NCBI RefSeq assembly: GCF_009834535.1
Contig: NC_045697.1
Coordinates: forward strand, 50,222,001-50,286,000
Direction: 5' to 3'
Source: Camelus ferus
Taxonomy: Eukaryota
Length of the DNA: 64,000 nucleotides
The notes beneath the pieces were generated by a model. The model made no database searches, was not told the DNA's origin, and saw only the letters and a list, made by a program, of their open reading frames with translations. Both the position numbers and the translations under genes were made by a program. Position 1 is the first letter of the stretch. Every line of letters begins with the position of its first letter. This document shows, piece after piece, positions 48,120 to 62,220 of this stretch.

Positions 48120-49535
48120 TTTAAAGTATAGTTCACAGTATACAATTTGCATATTGTATTATTCAGGTGTACAGCAAAGGAATTCCATTCTTTCTCAGAC
48201 TATATTCCATTATAGGTTATTATAAGATATTAAATATAATTCCCTGTGCTATACAGCAAATCTTGTTGTTTATCTATTTTACATATAGTAGCTTGTATCT
48301 ATCAATCCCGTACTCCTAATTTGTCCCTACCTCCCTCTCTCTCTTCACCCTTTGGTAACCATAAGTTTGTTTTCCATACCTGTGAGTATGTTTCTGTTTT
48401 GTATATAGATTCATTTGTATTATTTTTAGATTCCACATATAGGTAATATCATATATTTGTCTTTGTCTGACCTACTTCACTAAGTATAGTATTCTCTAGG
48501 TCCATCCACGTTGCTGCAATATTTCATTCTTTTTCATGACTGAGTAAAATTCCATTATATATATATATATATTCCACATATATACATATCACATCTTCTT
48601 AAGCCAATCATTTGTTGATGGTCACTTGGGTTGTTTCCAAGTTTTGGCTATTTTAAATAATGCCATTAAGAACATTGAGGTGCAGGTATCTTTTTAAATT
48701 AGAGTTCTCATTTTTTCTGAATGCATACCCAGGAGTGGGATTGCTGGGTCACATAATAACTCTATCTTTAGTTTTTTAAGGAACTTCCATATTATTTTCC
48801 ATAGTGGCTGTACCAATTTACATTCCCACCAACAGTGTACAAGGGTTCCCTTTTCTCCACACCTCTAACAGTTATTATTTGTAGACTTTTTGATGATAGC
48901 CACTCTGACTGGTATGAGGTGATACCTCCTTGCAGCTTTGATATGCATTTCTCTAATAATTAATGATGTTGAGCATCTCTTCATGTGCTTGTTGGCCATC
49001 TGTATGTCTTTTTGGAAAAATGTTTATTTAGGTCTTCTACCCATTTTTTGATTGGGTTTTTGTTGTTGTTGTTGTTGTTGTTATTGAGTTGTATAAGCTA
49101 CTTGTATATTTTGGATATTAACCCCTTGTCAATTGAATCATTTGTAAACATTTTCTTTCATTCTGTAGGTTGTCTTTTCATTTTGTTGATGGTTTTCTTT
49201 GTTGTACAAAAGCTTTTAGGTTTGATTAGGTCCCATTTGTTTATTTCTGCTCTTGTTTCTTTTGCCTTGGGAGACTGATCTAAGAAAATATTGCCAAGAT
49301 TTATGTCAGAGAAAGTTTTGCCTATGTTCTCTCCTAGGAGTTTTATGGTGTCATGTCTTCTATTTAGGTCTGTAGACCATTTTGAGTTTACTTTTATATA
49401 TGGTGTGAGGGAGTGTTCTAATGTCATTGATTTGTATGATGTTGTCCAGTTTTCGCAATACTACTGTTGAAGAGACTATCTTTTTTTTGCCTCCTTTGTC
49501 ACAGATTAGTTGATCACGTGTTTGTGGCCTTACTT
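48120..49535 (-). mobile_element. LINE-1, ~1.4 kb 3' portion with decayed ORF2
   Basis: ORF 49158..49427 (LEHSLTPYIKVNSKW...INKWDLIKPKSFCTTKKTINKMKRQPTE) is L1 ORF2; cetartiodactyl-type 3' UTR. Confidence 0.92.
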
Positions 49536-51059
49536 CTGGACTATGATATGTGTCTTTATATTAACACAGTCCCATTTAAAAACATCTTTGATTCATTTTT
49601 TAAGTAAATTAAGCTCTCAATCTTTACAGTTTTTTAAGGCTCCTTGTATTTCTTCTGGTACTTATATTTCCAAGGAGATGGGTTTGTTTCTTTTTATTTG
49701 GATCCCATAAGTGGCAACAGATGAACTTTACACCTTGTTATTGTTCCTGGCAGAACCCTTAGTAAACAGTCATACAGGCAACTTGAGAGACAGGGTAAGT
49801 ATGTGGAATCTGGTCACTGAGCCTTCGATAAGAAAAATTACTGTTAAATTAGGTTACCTAATTTAGGTACCTGAAAGGCAGAATTCTTTTTAAAAGTGGT
49901 TTCCAGGTCAACTTACCATTTTTCTAGAGGGATGGAGTGTCTTTGAAGAAATAAGAGTAGTCAGTTATTTAAGTTTTCTATATCAAAGAGATCTCTTTTG
50001 GGGTGGAGAGACAGTTGTACAAACTCCTACTCAAATTTTATCACAACAGTCATCACAACTGGAGAGCCAATTTATCTAAAGAACTCAAGGTTGGGCTGGA
50101 CTTACTGGGAAATAAGGATCGGGTGAGATGAGTGGAAACCAAACATGTTTGTTATAGATTAATGTATTCTCTTTACACAAAAACTGCATGTGGAAGAATG
50201 AATCACATTCAGACTAGACCCCAACATGGCCCTCCTGGGCATTCTCCTGGGTCAGCAGATAATTTATAGAACGGTTCAGAGAACGTCCTTCAAGGTTTTA
50301 TGATGAGCTGTGCCCCTAGACCACCAGTGTGTGAAAACTAACGGCCTTTATCTTACCTAAGTGAGTCATGTGAAAAAGGAATCTTCAGTAACTGACAGTT
50401 TCCACTGTGCCGTTGCTTCCGGGACTTGTGTTTCATCACATCCATTGCTTGCTTGTCTTATCCTGCAGCAAGTGAAAATGCAGTCTTGTTTGGCTAGGAG
50501 TTTGTGTCACAGCCAGCTTCCTACTTTAGGGCCAAAAATTCATCCCTTTGAGGAAAAAGACTAGCAACCTGCAACGGTTATGATGACTGTGAGAAGATAA
50601 ATGGGGTCTTCAATAGTCAGCAAATGTTTTGTTGAGACCCAAAGGATTGTGACATTAAACTAAAGATAATGACATTGTTCTGGTGCCTTCTAGCTCTGTC
50701 AATTTCCTGGGACAGAAAATATGATTATGTTACAAATTGTACCATGGTCTTCAGAGCAGCTCTTCAAAACTTAGAGTCCTGGAGGTAAAATGGGTCCCTG
50801 AAAGAACAACCCATTAGTCACAGTATTAAAGTCCGTACTCCAGACCTCAACTCATGTGCAGCATTTCTTATTTTAACACATTTAAATAGCTCAGAAGAGA
50901 TCACTAAAGCCACCAACCCTTGCCAAAAACAAACAAACAAAAAACCTTATTTTTCTATTTGGCAGAAGTGCTGAATTAATTTTCACCAATTACTTAGCAT
51001 GACAATTGTTCACACCATTCTGGAGAAATGGCAATAAAAACCCCAAGTCTGTAGCTTGT

Positions 51060-51380
51060 AGGTGAGGGGTTCAGAGACCTGAGTTCAAATCTCAGCTCTG
51101 TTGCTGTATAACCTGCAAAAGGCCACTATCTTACCCAGACTTCCATGTTTTTTCTAGTGTACATTTTTGAGGAATTTGTATGTACTTGGCACTGTTCTAA
51201 GCAAATTATACCTAATCTCTAAAATGCTACCAGATGAGTAATGTCTCCATCTTCATTTTAAGGATGGGGAAAGAGGAGTATGGAGAGGTCAAAAGTTATC
51301 TAAGGGGATGAAGAAAGGAGGAGGAGGCAGAACCAGGATTCCAACCCAGGCTGCCATGACAGCTGGTGCTCCTGCCCACT
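51060..51380. mobile_element. Two MIR fragments in opposite orientation
   Basis: cagagacctgagttcaaatctcagctctg (+) and ggcagaaccaggattccaacccaggc (-). Confidence 0.7.
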
Positions 51381-52129
51381 GAGCAAGGCTGTGCAACCAC
51401 TCCCCGTATCCATAGACACATTGGAAGAGATCTTTTGGGAAAACCTCATTTCTTTCTTTCTCTTATTTTCAGTGTCTAGTCAGACCTTGAATCCGTAGAA
51501 ACTTAGACATGTCTACTTTAAAAATAAGGGTAAGAAAGTCCTTTCTAAAGCTTTTTCTAGGGAGCTAAAAATTTTAACAAGATTACTGACTTATAAACAA
51601 AGTTTTAATTCAGTTTGGGTCTCTAATAGGCTCATAATTATCTTCCAAAAGATGGAGGAGACTTACTGGTTAAATTCTAATCCTGCTGCTTTGGCCAGTG
51701 TTAAGCTAATGTTCTCAGAGCCTTAATGCTCCCAGTCAATGATTGCTGCCCTCTCATTAGATCTACTGGATTAAAGTCTTGGACCCATATACTGTTATAT
51801 TATTTTGGGAATATTAAATTATTAATTGTAAATTAACTTAAAAGAATCAATTTTCATGGGCTTTGCTGAAAATTGGGTTCTGGTTGAACTTTAAAAAAAC
51901 CTTTTTCTTATCGATAATCAAACTGTATTCTTGGTGTTTAAATAGATTTTTCTAAGACCATGCATTGTTTGATGGCCAAGCATGGAGCTAAAAAGCTTGA
52001 TTTCATTCAATTAATCTATGACCAATCATTCAGAATGTTAAGTTTAGTTGTATGATATGAAGGAATTTATGGGAAAATTGTATTTGCGATAGGGGATTGA
52101 AAATGAGTGCTAATTGTTCTCTCTCTCTC

Positions 52130-52450
52130 AACTATGTGTGAGTGTTTGTGGATGCTTATTTCCTACACAGATTCCTGGGGCTCCTTCTCTTCAAATCTTA
52201 CCTCTTCAAATTCTAGCTGCCTTATTCCAGGGCCCAAACTCCAGTCTCTGTTTCTTCCACCCACCAGGAAGAACAATACTTTTTGCTCAGGCTCCACCTT
52301 CCATGCTGCAGTTTGGAAATTGTGTCCAGCCAAAAGGGGAGAAAGTGAAGCTCACCTTAAGTGTTTCCCTTTCTCAAGGATCTCAGCCCTGTGCTATCCG
52401 TTGTCCAGTGTCTGGAAACAGTTGTATCATAAACCCAGATTTAAAACCTG
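52130..52450 (-). mobile_element. Ancient LINE-1 5' region fragment (L1M4/L1ME-like)
   Basis: gctcaccttaagtgtttccctttctcaaggatctcagccctgtgctatccgttgtccagtgtctggaaacagttg. Confidence 0.6.
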
Positions 52451-54974
52451 CCACTGGAAAGCAAGTGCACTACCAGCTAGTTCTCCTATTTTTTAGGCTA
52501 AGAAAGGATGACTTTCAGAAATAGAGTAGTCATTAAAAATTTGTTTAATCAATAATTCCTTCAAAAGTTTCTAGAAGAAATTTGACTCTGGGTCTTTTTT
52601 ACCCCTTGACTCTTCCATGAGAGATGCATTTGGGATTTCTGACCCACCTTTCACCTTACCCTTGTCTTTCCCATGCTCTCCTCATGACTCACAGGAGCAA
52701 CTCCACCCATTCTTTTCCAAAAAAAAAAAAAAAAAAAAAGTGTGGCAGCTGCTATGGAAGTACTTCTAGTCAGTCAGAAGTGAGGCAGGATGCCAAATGG
52801 CTGATTCATTCCCCAGAACTTAGAGGAGGCCAATTAGAGGATTAAAGGTTGTAACGTCAGTTGTGGGGGCAATGGCTTACACAGTGGTTTCTGCAAGCTC
52901 ACTTACTGCCTGTGACACCACAGGAAATTCACCACAACTTTTAATTCATACACCTACAGTACTCCTGTCTTAACCTGTTGGGTATGGGTACGTATCAGGT
53001 AAGAAGGCTATGACCATCCTTTCTAAGACTTTTTGGGTAAGTTTTATAATAGAAAAAAAAAAATGGTCAGCCACTTATACTTAGGATCACTTTTATTTCA
53101 TTTTTCCTGGAACAAGCCCAATAGAATGACCAGATACCTTGGGCAGGGGTTCTAGAGTAGGTCCAAAAATTGTGATCAAGTACACTCAGATGTGTACTAA
53201 TAAGTATTGTAATTGCCTCATGCATTTGGACTGAGAAACAGTCCATTTATGAAACTTGAAGGACCTAAGAAATAAAAATCAAAATAAGCAAATATACAAA
53301 AACTGTTACACAGAGCTCTTATATGATACCTTAATACACATATGTGCCTTATTCTAACTGTAAAATTCAATAAGGTGGTTCTTTATCTCACTTGAAAAAA
53401 GTGAAAAAAAAATGTTAAAAATATGTGGAGGCAAATCAAGCATAGTTGGAGCTTCAGTTCATTCAATCATCATACCCAGTAAGTGATTCAGAGCTTCATT
53501 TCCTAGAGTGAAGATGAACAGATCTGGATTTGGTTTCATTGTAAGGCTGACAAAATAGACCGTCTCTACCTCATGAGTCTCCATTACATCCAGAGTGCTT
53601 CTCTCAGACAGGAGTTTAAGTGCTGCTGTCCACCTCTCACCTTTCCCACACGAGAGTTAGGTAGGAAGTTACACTGGATAGCTTCCACTGTATGGGCTGA
53701 GAGTTGGAGCAAACTGTGAAACGCTGCATGACCATCTTCCTTTGTGTGTTAAGCAATAGAGCTTCAGTAATGTTATGTCCAAATGGACGATATGAGACAT
53801 TTGAGAAAAGGCGCTGAGAACAGCATCCCTCTCCCACTGTCTGGTGTGGGACAGAAAGTGGAGAACAGAGTCAAAAGTCACTGAGACGAAAGCAGTGTTT
53901 GGAGCCAAAGCTTGCAGATCAATACTTGGGAGACGACAAAAGACAATGAACAGTTAAGGAGAATCTTGAGTGAAAAAGGTGGCCATTCTTTCCACGAGTC
54001 CTTCCTTCTGCTTCTGTGTTGTGTGCTTGTCTTGTGCTGGAGACAGTGTAATTATTAAAGACCATGTGGCAGAGTCCTTGGGGACTCTAAACGAATCTTT
54101 TTTTTTTTTAATCTGGAGTTTAGATTTTCTGTTTGGCCTGAGAAACTGTTTTCCTTGTCAGCAAGACAATATTCTAGCACAAAGGATTATAAATTTCCTC
54201 AGTATGGATGGTGTATTTCCTTTTCCCTTTGTGCCTTTAGTAGAGGCTAAGCCAGTGCTGTCTTCTCAGTGGGCATCTGAAGCTGGGATCTCTAAGCACC
54301 CCTCCGCCCAAAAATGGTACTTTATTTTCCCCAACTTGTTTCTAATCAAGCTGAGAAATAACAGACCAAATATCCACTAAAGTCCAAAATATCACTTTTA
54401 TGCCTAACAGAGACTAGACTGGAGAACCACGCTTTAGATTAACTAACTGCACTTGCTAATGCTGAGCTCAGACGTAGGTAGACTCACTGACCCGGTTACA
54501 GAAATGATGGTGAAGGTGGGACACCCGGATGGAGCCTAAGTAGTGCTTTTGCTGGGGAGGCACAGAGCAGAATCTGCTCTGTGTGTGCAGATTCACTCTC
54601 ATGAAGGCTATCTGGGAGCTGAATCGAGCACACCCATTTACTCGTCCCATTTACCGATCAGGCAAGTCACTCACCACCCCAAATATGGAATGAGTAAAGG
54701 TGCTAAGAGAGATTCAGAGTTATATATTTTGAACCTTTCTCATGGGAAGGAAATACCAGGCATTGGAACTTATTCCCTACTTATTTTTGGCCATTCATGG
54801 GCGCACTGGATGTTTATGTTTATGCATGTGAGTGTGCTGGAGGATGCTTAATGCTAGAGATGCTCTAAAGGAAACGACCATGATAGAAGAGCTAGTTTAT
54901 TTGCTTTGTTATGGGGGATAGGATTTTGTGCCAGGAAGCTGCTTCTTGCCCTTCAAAATGATAGGTTTTTTCCA

Positions 54975-55545
54975 TAGGTACTAAATCCCATCATGTCCCT
55001 CCCTGTTTAAATTACTCTGATGACTTCCCACTGCACTTAGACTATAATCCAAACTCTTTATGATGCCCCGAGGTCCAAAATGCCTCCATAATGTGGCCCT
55101 TGCCTACTCTTACCTCTCATCTCCCCTCGATCACTCTGCTCCAGGAACAGTGACATTTGGTTGTGGTTTTTATACTTCTATTTATTCATTTTTTAAAAAC
55201 TTTCTATACAATGTTGATTCCCACTTAAAGTGTACTTGCTGTTCCCTTTGCATGGGATCTTTGCATATCTGAGTTCTCTTGTCATGTAAGTATTGCTCTA
55301 ATATCATCTCCCCCGGAAGGCCTTCCCTGAGTACCTAGTCAAAAGCGACCTAGACCGGCCGCTCAGTCATCTAGTCGTTTCATTCTCTGTATAGCCCTCA
55401 TGTAATCAGACAGTTTGGTTTGTTGTTTGTAAATGATTTCGTCTCTCCCGTCAGTCGACTGAAAGTTCTATTCAGTGGGCCTGTCCTTCTGTTTGCTGCT
55501 GTGTGTCCCAGCCACACATTTGGTAGGAGCTCATCAAGTACTTGG
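54975..55545 (+). mobile_element. LINE-2 3' region
   Basis: catcatgtccctccctgtttaaattactctgatgacttcccactgcacttagactataatccaaactcttta...ggaaggccttccctga. Confidence 0.8.
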
Positions 55546-56194
55546 GGAATGAGTGGAGAGTTCCCTTCATCACACTACTGCCGAACAAAAGCACCACCTT
55601 GTATGTACAGCAATTAGTCCACAGGCCACACCAAAGCATAATGCCAGTTTTGGCCGTAGATGAAAGTGAGGATGTGTTTCCTAACAAGCTTGTTGCCAGC
55701 TAACAAAAAGGAATAGAGCACGTTAACCAACACTCCTTGATAAAGTTGAGAACAATCAATAAAGTCCAGAAAATTCATGAGACTTCACTGGCTAAGAGAT
55801 CTCAGTGGAAAGGGTTCTTATGGGTCAAAAGCAACTCCCATTCAACACTTCTGATTTTATCAAATTGTGAATCACTACATTGTACACCTGGAACTTATAT
55901 TGTAAATCAACTATACCTAAATCAATTTTAAAAAGACTGGCATGGAAACAGATCTACAGCCTTTATTCTGGGTCTCAAACATTGTTAAAAAAAAAAAAAC
56001 CAAACAGCATTATGCAGATTTCAAAGACCAGATGTACTCTTATTTGGGACTAATAAACCAGAATAGGTAATAAATTCTCAGATCTTGTATGTAGACTACT
56101 TCTTATGCCTGGCTTTTAGGGAAATGACAAGTGTCTTTGAGGCCATGACTTGACTTTTCACTCCCTGCTTTATCCCAATGAAGCAAAGTTGGAA

Positions 56195-56415
56195 TTTAAC
56201 AGAAGCATATTACTATATATGAAATAGATGAACAACAAGGACCTACTGTATAGCACAGGGAACTATTTTCAGTTTATTGTAATAACGTACAATGGAAAAA
56301 AATCTGAAAAGAAAATATATACGTATGTGTATATGTATGACTGAATCAATTTGCTGTACACCTGAAGCTAGCATTGTAAATCAATTACATATCAATAAAA
56401 TATTTTTTAAAAAAT
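56195..56415 (+). mobile_element. Short LINE-1 3' end with TSD
   Basis: aacaacaaggacctactgtatagcacagggaacta; TSD aagcaaagttggaa (56181-56194) / aaacaaagttggaa (56416-56429). Confidence 0.9.
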
Positions 56416-56784
56416 AAACAAAGTTGGAAAGGATGAATATTTCAAAGGTAACTCTAATAAAAAAAGTTGAATGCTATTTGAAACTGAATTTCAGTTCTGG
56501 AAGTTTTGCTTATTGCACATCTCAGTGTCCTGAATGGAGGCGTGCAAAGTCTACATCACTGTGACACAAGTACCCTCAGGCATTTCAGTATCACTACCTC
56601 CCCTCCAAGGAAACCTGATGTTCTACACAGAGTGGACCAACGCACAGCGGCGGCGATACTCCCTTTCCTCTCCTTCATCCCAAAGAATTTAATACCTGTC
56701 AATGTGATAAGGAAGCAGTATCAGGTTTAGGGCATGAAGCCTGGGAGGGAGTAATTAAATATTTTCCTCTTCTAGATCTCCTTA

Positions 56785-56793
56785 ACACACACA

Positions 56794-56852
<59 letters not shown>

Positions 56853-56990
56853 TATATTATATATATAATTTATATATATTTATGTATAATTTTTATATAT
56901 TATATATACTTATATATAGCTTATACATATAAATTTATATTACATAATGACATTTAATTCTGTTTAATATATTTGTTTATATATCTTTAA
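56785..56990. repeat. (CA)n(TA)21(CA)n compound microsatellite followed by AT-rich low complexity
   Basis: pure TA run 56797-56838 flanked by CA runs. Confidence 0.95.
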
Positions 56991-59089
56991 TTCATTTGCG
57001 CCTCTTCACTTTTCCAGCAGAAATTGCTTTTTCATGGCTAACCCTTATGCTTTATTTCATGCACCTGCATTTCAGGAACACAGATTCATTTAGACAATGC
57101 CTCAGGACCTCTGAGTGCTCTATACTGGATTCCTGGACTTAGGTGAAGGATCCAGCTGCCTCAAGTTAATATGGATGGTCCAGGCATGGACAAAAGAGTG
57201 TCAAATTTGAGGTCCAAAGATCCATTTTGGCCCCAGCCCAAATACCTCCAGCTATGGAGGCCAGAATGGAAATGATGACACAAAATGATCTGTCTGAGTC
57301 AAAAGGGGTAAGCCAAATTCAACTTTAAACTTGGAGGACTATTCAAGGGAGGTACCTGAATAGTGCCTTCCCTATGAGCATGAGGCAGTAAGTTCAGTCT
57401 CCTTTGGAGAACAGCCTGCCTTAGGACCTGATCTCTTTACTCATCTCAGGATCAATTCCTTCCTAAATTCCCCTGCCCACAAAGAATTCCTGGGCTGAGG
57501 AGCCATGTCTATAAATCTGCCTCAGTGTAAAATTCTACCTTCTCTGCCAAGGAGTGGAAGATAAGAGAAGTCGAGTTTGTGGAAAGGAATTAAGGTAGTC
57601 ATTTGTCTCATAGCATGAAGAAAGGCACAAGAAGTTCATTATACTTAGTGTATATGAATTGTCAGAATTCCACTCAAGGAGGACAGGGATGTTGGCTTGT
57701 TTACTGTTGTCTTGAAAAGTACCTGGTAAAAGAGCATATTCATTGAAAAACTGAATCCGTGCATTGGTTCACCATTGCTCTTACATTCTGTCATACTTAT
57801 CAGAGTCTGAGAGTTCATTTGGCCCTAATAAAGAAATTCCCCTGCATCAGGTCTCAGGGCAGATCAAAAGAGGAAAACCCATTCTAATGAGCTCAGATCC
57901 ATGTGATACTCATGATTTTCATTTGCAAATGCATAGCAGTTTGAGAACAGAAAGTGTCAACATATATCCCTGAAGATACTTGTCAGCTGGCCAACAGGCC
58001 TACTAGACCAGGTGAACAGATAACCCACTAGATAAGCCTTCCCCAGTTTCAACACTCAAGAAAATCATTTACCAGACAGAGGAGCCTAGCTTCCTCTTGC
58101 ACGCAATGGGCAGGTGAGTGCAGAGAACAAGGGCCATACTCCAGGATTTTTGCCCCATTTCAAGTATTGCAGGGTAATCACAGGCTAGTCAGGGTGATCT
58201 GGGGCCAATTTTCCCCCGTGCAGCATTCCACTGGGTCCCTGTCAGAGGATCCATGTGTCAAATCACCTTTGACTTGATTCTGGAAAACCCCATTCTTACC
58301 TAAGCAAGGTCGAATGAAAAAAATTACATAAATAGTTAATGTTAACTTCCAGTGGGAACCAGCTCCTCTTTTGGCTTGTTTTTGCACAAATACGAACTAA
58401 ACCAACAGGCAATCCTAGGAAAAGGACTAGGAGCACCTTTCTGGACATTTGGCTGAACTTGGTGCTCTACTCTCCCACTGAGTTATTACAAAGCAGCTAA
58501 CCTTCATACCTGAAATCTAATGACTTTTAAAGATGTAAGAAATTACATAGTTTCATCTCTAAGGAAAGGCAGTAGAAAAGATATTCTTATCTTCATCCAT
58601 GACTCTCCTCTCGTTGTTTTGTGCCGATCTTTAGATATACAGACAGAATATTGTCCCAGCAATCAAACAGGCAACAGACCACCTTCAGATTCCCATGAAA
58701 CTTCAGTCCTAAGAATAGACAGGTCTGTGTCACAAAAGAGAAGAAATCGAAAGCAGTTGGGCAGTTGGTTTCATTCAAAAATGTTAAAATATCCCCTCCC
58801 AGTGAATGAGCTTTGGTTTTAATTTTTATTTAGGTTTTCTTTGTAGCCTTTAAAACTTTTCCCTGCTTACGTCTTCCCAACTCTCACCACCTTACTTTAG
58901 TGGATAATATTCAGTATTTCCTTTGGTGCCGTGAGAAAATGTGTTGGAGGGATGAACAGAAATGTCCATAACTAATAATTATCCAACTGTTATTATGTGC
59001 CAGGCTTACAATAACTCCATGAGACAAGTTCTATACTAGCCTGAGATTTGAAATGAATATTAAAGTAGCTTGCTTTACTGTAAAAAAAA

Positions 59090-60155
59090 AAAAACTTATT
59101 AACTCAAAATTGAACATTAAGCTAAGAACTAAAACTATAAATAAACCTAGAAGAAATCATAAAATATTTGTAAACTTTAGTAGGCAAACACTTTTTAGAT
59201 AGACCAAAAAGTCATGTTTTTGAAAGATGTTAAGAAATTGACCAGGCAAATCACGGATTGGGAGAAAATGTTTGCAAAGGTATATCAATAAATTATTCTT
59301 GCGACTAAGTAAGAGAAGGATAACCTGATGAAATAATTTGAACAGACACTTCCCTAAAAAAGATACATGAATGGCATAAAAATACATTAAAAGATGTTCA
59401 ACATCTTTAGTCATCAGGGAAATGCAAATTAAAACCATGACAGGATACCACTACACACCCACAAGAATGGCTAAAATCCAAAAGAGTGACAATGCCAAGA
59501 GATGGTAAGGATGTGTAGCAATTATAGTTTTCATGTATCGATATGGGAATGCAAAATACTACAACTACTTTAGAAGACAGCTTGGCAATTTCTTATATAA
59601 ATATACACTTACCATATGACCCAGCCTTCCCAATCTTAGAAATTTTCCAAAGGAAAATGAAAACATATGTCCACAAAAGTGTGTGTGTTTTATTTATAAC
59701 TCAGCTTTTTAAATAATAGCCCCAAACCAAAAAGAAAAAAAAAACTAAAAAATCCAAATCAACTGACAAATGGATCAATAAATTGTATTATTATAGCCAT
59801 ATGATGGAATATAACTTAGTCAAAAAAAAAAAAGGAAACAGACACCTATACAAGCAGCAACATGAACAAATCTCAACTCATGCTGGTTGAAAGAAAGCTG
59901 GCACAGAAAACTGCACATGTCTGATTGTATTTGTATGAAATTATGGAAAAGGCAAAACAGTGTCAGAAAGCAAATCAGCGTTTGGCAGGGATCAGCAGTA
60001 GGGAGAGGAGAATTTAGGGTAATGAAATCTCCTGTTTCTTCACTGTGGTGGTGGTTTCAAGACAGGATACATTCGTCAAAACTTCTCTGAACTGTACACT
60101 TAAAATGGGTACGTTTTTATTATACATAAATTATGCCTCAATAAAACTGATAGAA
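59090..60155 (+). mobile_element. Old LINE-1 3' portion (L1MB/L1ME-like)
   Basis: aaagatgttcaacatctttagtcatcagggaaatgcaaattaaaaccatg...actgtacacttaaaatgggt...aaattatgcctcaataaa. Confidence 0.85.
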
Positions 60156-60312
60156 AACATTTAAATTAGTGTGCCAGGATAATCTGAAGAGATATTAAGA
60201 AGCTGCTTCCCTTCCCCTTTCCTTGTGTACAGCACACCTGCCCCATGACTGTGGCATTGGGAGTAGGTTTTCCATAAGCCACCATCAGGGAGGACACAGA
60301 TACAGCCCAGAA

Positions 60313-60460
60313 CTGTGCTGTCTTGTATAAGAGCCACTAGACCCATCTGGCTAAACTAAAATTAAATACAATTTAAAATTCAATTTCTTAGTCACACTAG
60401 CCACATTTCAAGAGCTGAACAGCCACATGTGACCAGTGGCTGCTGTATAGGACAGTGCAG
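60313..60460 (-). mobile_element. MER3 hAT-Charlie MITE
   Basis: TIR-like ctgtgctgtc...gacagtgcag; internal cactagccacatttcaag...agccacatgtgaccagtggctg. Confidence 0.85.
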
Positions 60461-62029
60461 TTATACAAAGCACATTTTTCTTTGTCACAGAAATTGGTCC
60501 ATGCTGGCCTAAAGGAACACATTCCTGAATAAATTCTGTAAGCAAATAGCAAATGCAGACATCTGAAAGCCTTCTGGTTTACAAAACTCAAGCTTTGTTG
60601 GAAGAGAAAGGCAGTATGCCCTTCCCTCATCTGCACAGAGGGTATTAGAGCATCTAAGAGTGAATGGTGAGCTTAGAGTCATACTGAATAGGACAGAGTG
60701 AGCAGACTATGGAATTGGTCATGGTGGGTGTCATAACTTTTTAAGGAAGGTGTCAGCCTGCAAGAACAAGGACTAGTCAATATCAACAGACACCCGGAAG
60801 TTATCAGCAAAGACTGAGAAAGCAAGGCCGACCAAGCATCTTTTTCAGAATGCCAGGACAGCAGCCAAGCCCCTGAGGCCTGTATCACCTTAGAAATGGA
60901 GAAAAGAGGGAAACCTCAGGGGAATAAGCAGTCCTAGAGTTTGACTTGAGAGCTACTTAAGGAGGACATGGGCTTTAAATGGAGAGTCTCAAGTTACCAT
61001 GAATTAGCAAGACAAAGCTTTTGACCACCAATAGAAATATGCCTTGTAACCTAACAAGAATTCTGTTAGAGGGAAAGAAAGAAATACTGTTGCAGCTCAA
61101 AAAATTTATCTAACTTTATCCAATCAGAAGTTTCTAGCAATGATTCAAAATAATATATTTCCTATCCCTACCTCGTACACATTCATACATACATAACCAA
61201 ACAAAAGTTTACCCTAGTTACTTGCAGCACAATATATTTTCTATCCTAATCTATTTTATTTCATTTGAAAATAAATGTTGATCTAGATTGAGTAAATTCT
61301 TCTCGTGACCCATTAAAGGATCAAAATCCAATTATAAATACAGTGAAATAAATTTTCATTTGGAAAGGAGAGTGAGAATGAGTTAGCATAAATGGTATTA
61401 AGTAAGAGTTATACTGTGTCATTCAGATAATCATGTCATTTTTTTCAAGATGGGAGTCACGGGGTTTTGGTAAGTAGATCAGTAAAAAGAATGATGTAAT
61501 CATTTCTCAATCTTTACAATTTCTAATCTAGAAGAGGAAAGTTCAAAGAGTAGAGAGTAGAGAAGAAAGATGGTTTATTGCTTTCTCCGAAACTAGTTAT
61601 TTACAGATGAAAAGAAGCAGCTGACAGAAGGAAAAATGCATCACTAAATTTAAACCAAAATAGACAAGGAAAGAAAGTGATAAATGGATTTTGTCACCAA
61701 GACTCTACGTGAGGAAAGGAAAGGGAAGTAACACAGATGGAGTACCTACCAGCTACAGAAGGTTGAAAGAAGTACAGAGCAAAGCGAGGAATCACTGGAA
61801 TAAGCCAGCCTGGCCACTCACAAAACAGGCTTAAGGTCTAGTTCTGGAGCTAGAAATTTAATTTTGTTGGACTCCTAAACTTGATCAATTGCTTGACAGT
61901 ACTCACACTAACCAAACACAGAAGAGATTATCCTATAAACCAGCGTGCCAATGCATGTATTTGCAATGGGAAATGAAACTCCTCAGCCAGCCAGCCACTT
62001 TCTCTGGATTGCCCATTCTGTGTCTCTAG

Positions 62030-62220
62030 AGTGATATTTTTGGGGGACCATCCATATAAGAAATCATCAGCATTTGTTGAAAATTAAAATTTCTCACCTT
62101 GACCCTTCAGAATGAGCCTTTTGGGGGTGAGAAAAAGAGGGGAGGGGAGGAGATCTGCATTTTTAGCAATCGTCCCCACTGAATTCTGATCATGCTAAAA
62201 TGTTTGACAAATACTGGTCT
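62030..62220. mobile_element. MER5-like hAT-Charlie fossil
   Basis: agaaatcatcagcatttgttgaaaatt...atctgcatttttagcaatcgtccccactgaattctgatcatgctaaaatgtttgacaaatactg. Confidence 0.65.

Noticed and set aside
49158..49427. L1 ORF2-like ORFs (also 33296..33544, end of 30637..30885) as functional CDS
   Set aside because: Short fragments of truncated, stop-containing L1 copies; not intact retrotransposon genes.
53637..53908. Overlapping minus-strand ORFs near a gaaag|gtgag donor-like site
   Set aside because: No recognisable homology and no clear acceptor; treated as a probable pseudo-exon.
56520..56730. CpG-containing patch (gcacagcggcggcgatac) with a minus-strand acceptor-like site as a coding exon
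   Set aside because: All frames I read end in stops or give unrecognisable peptides, and it is far too short for a CpG island.
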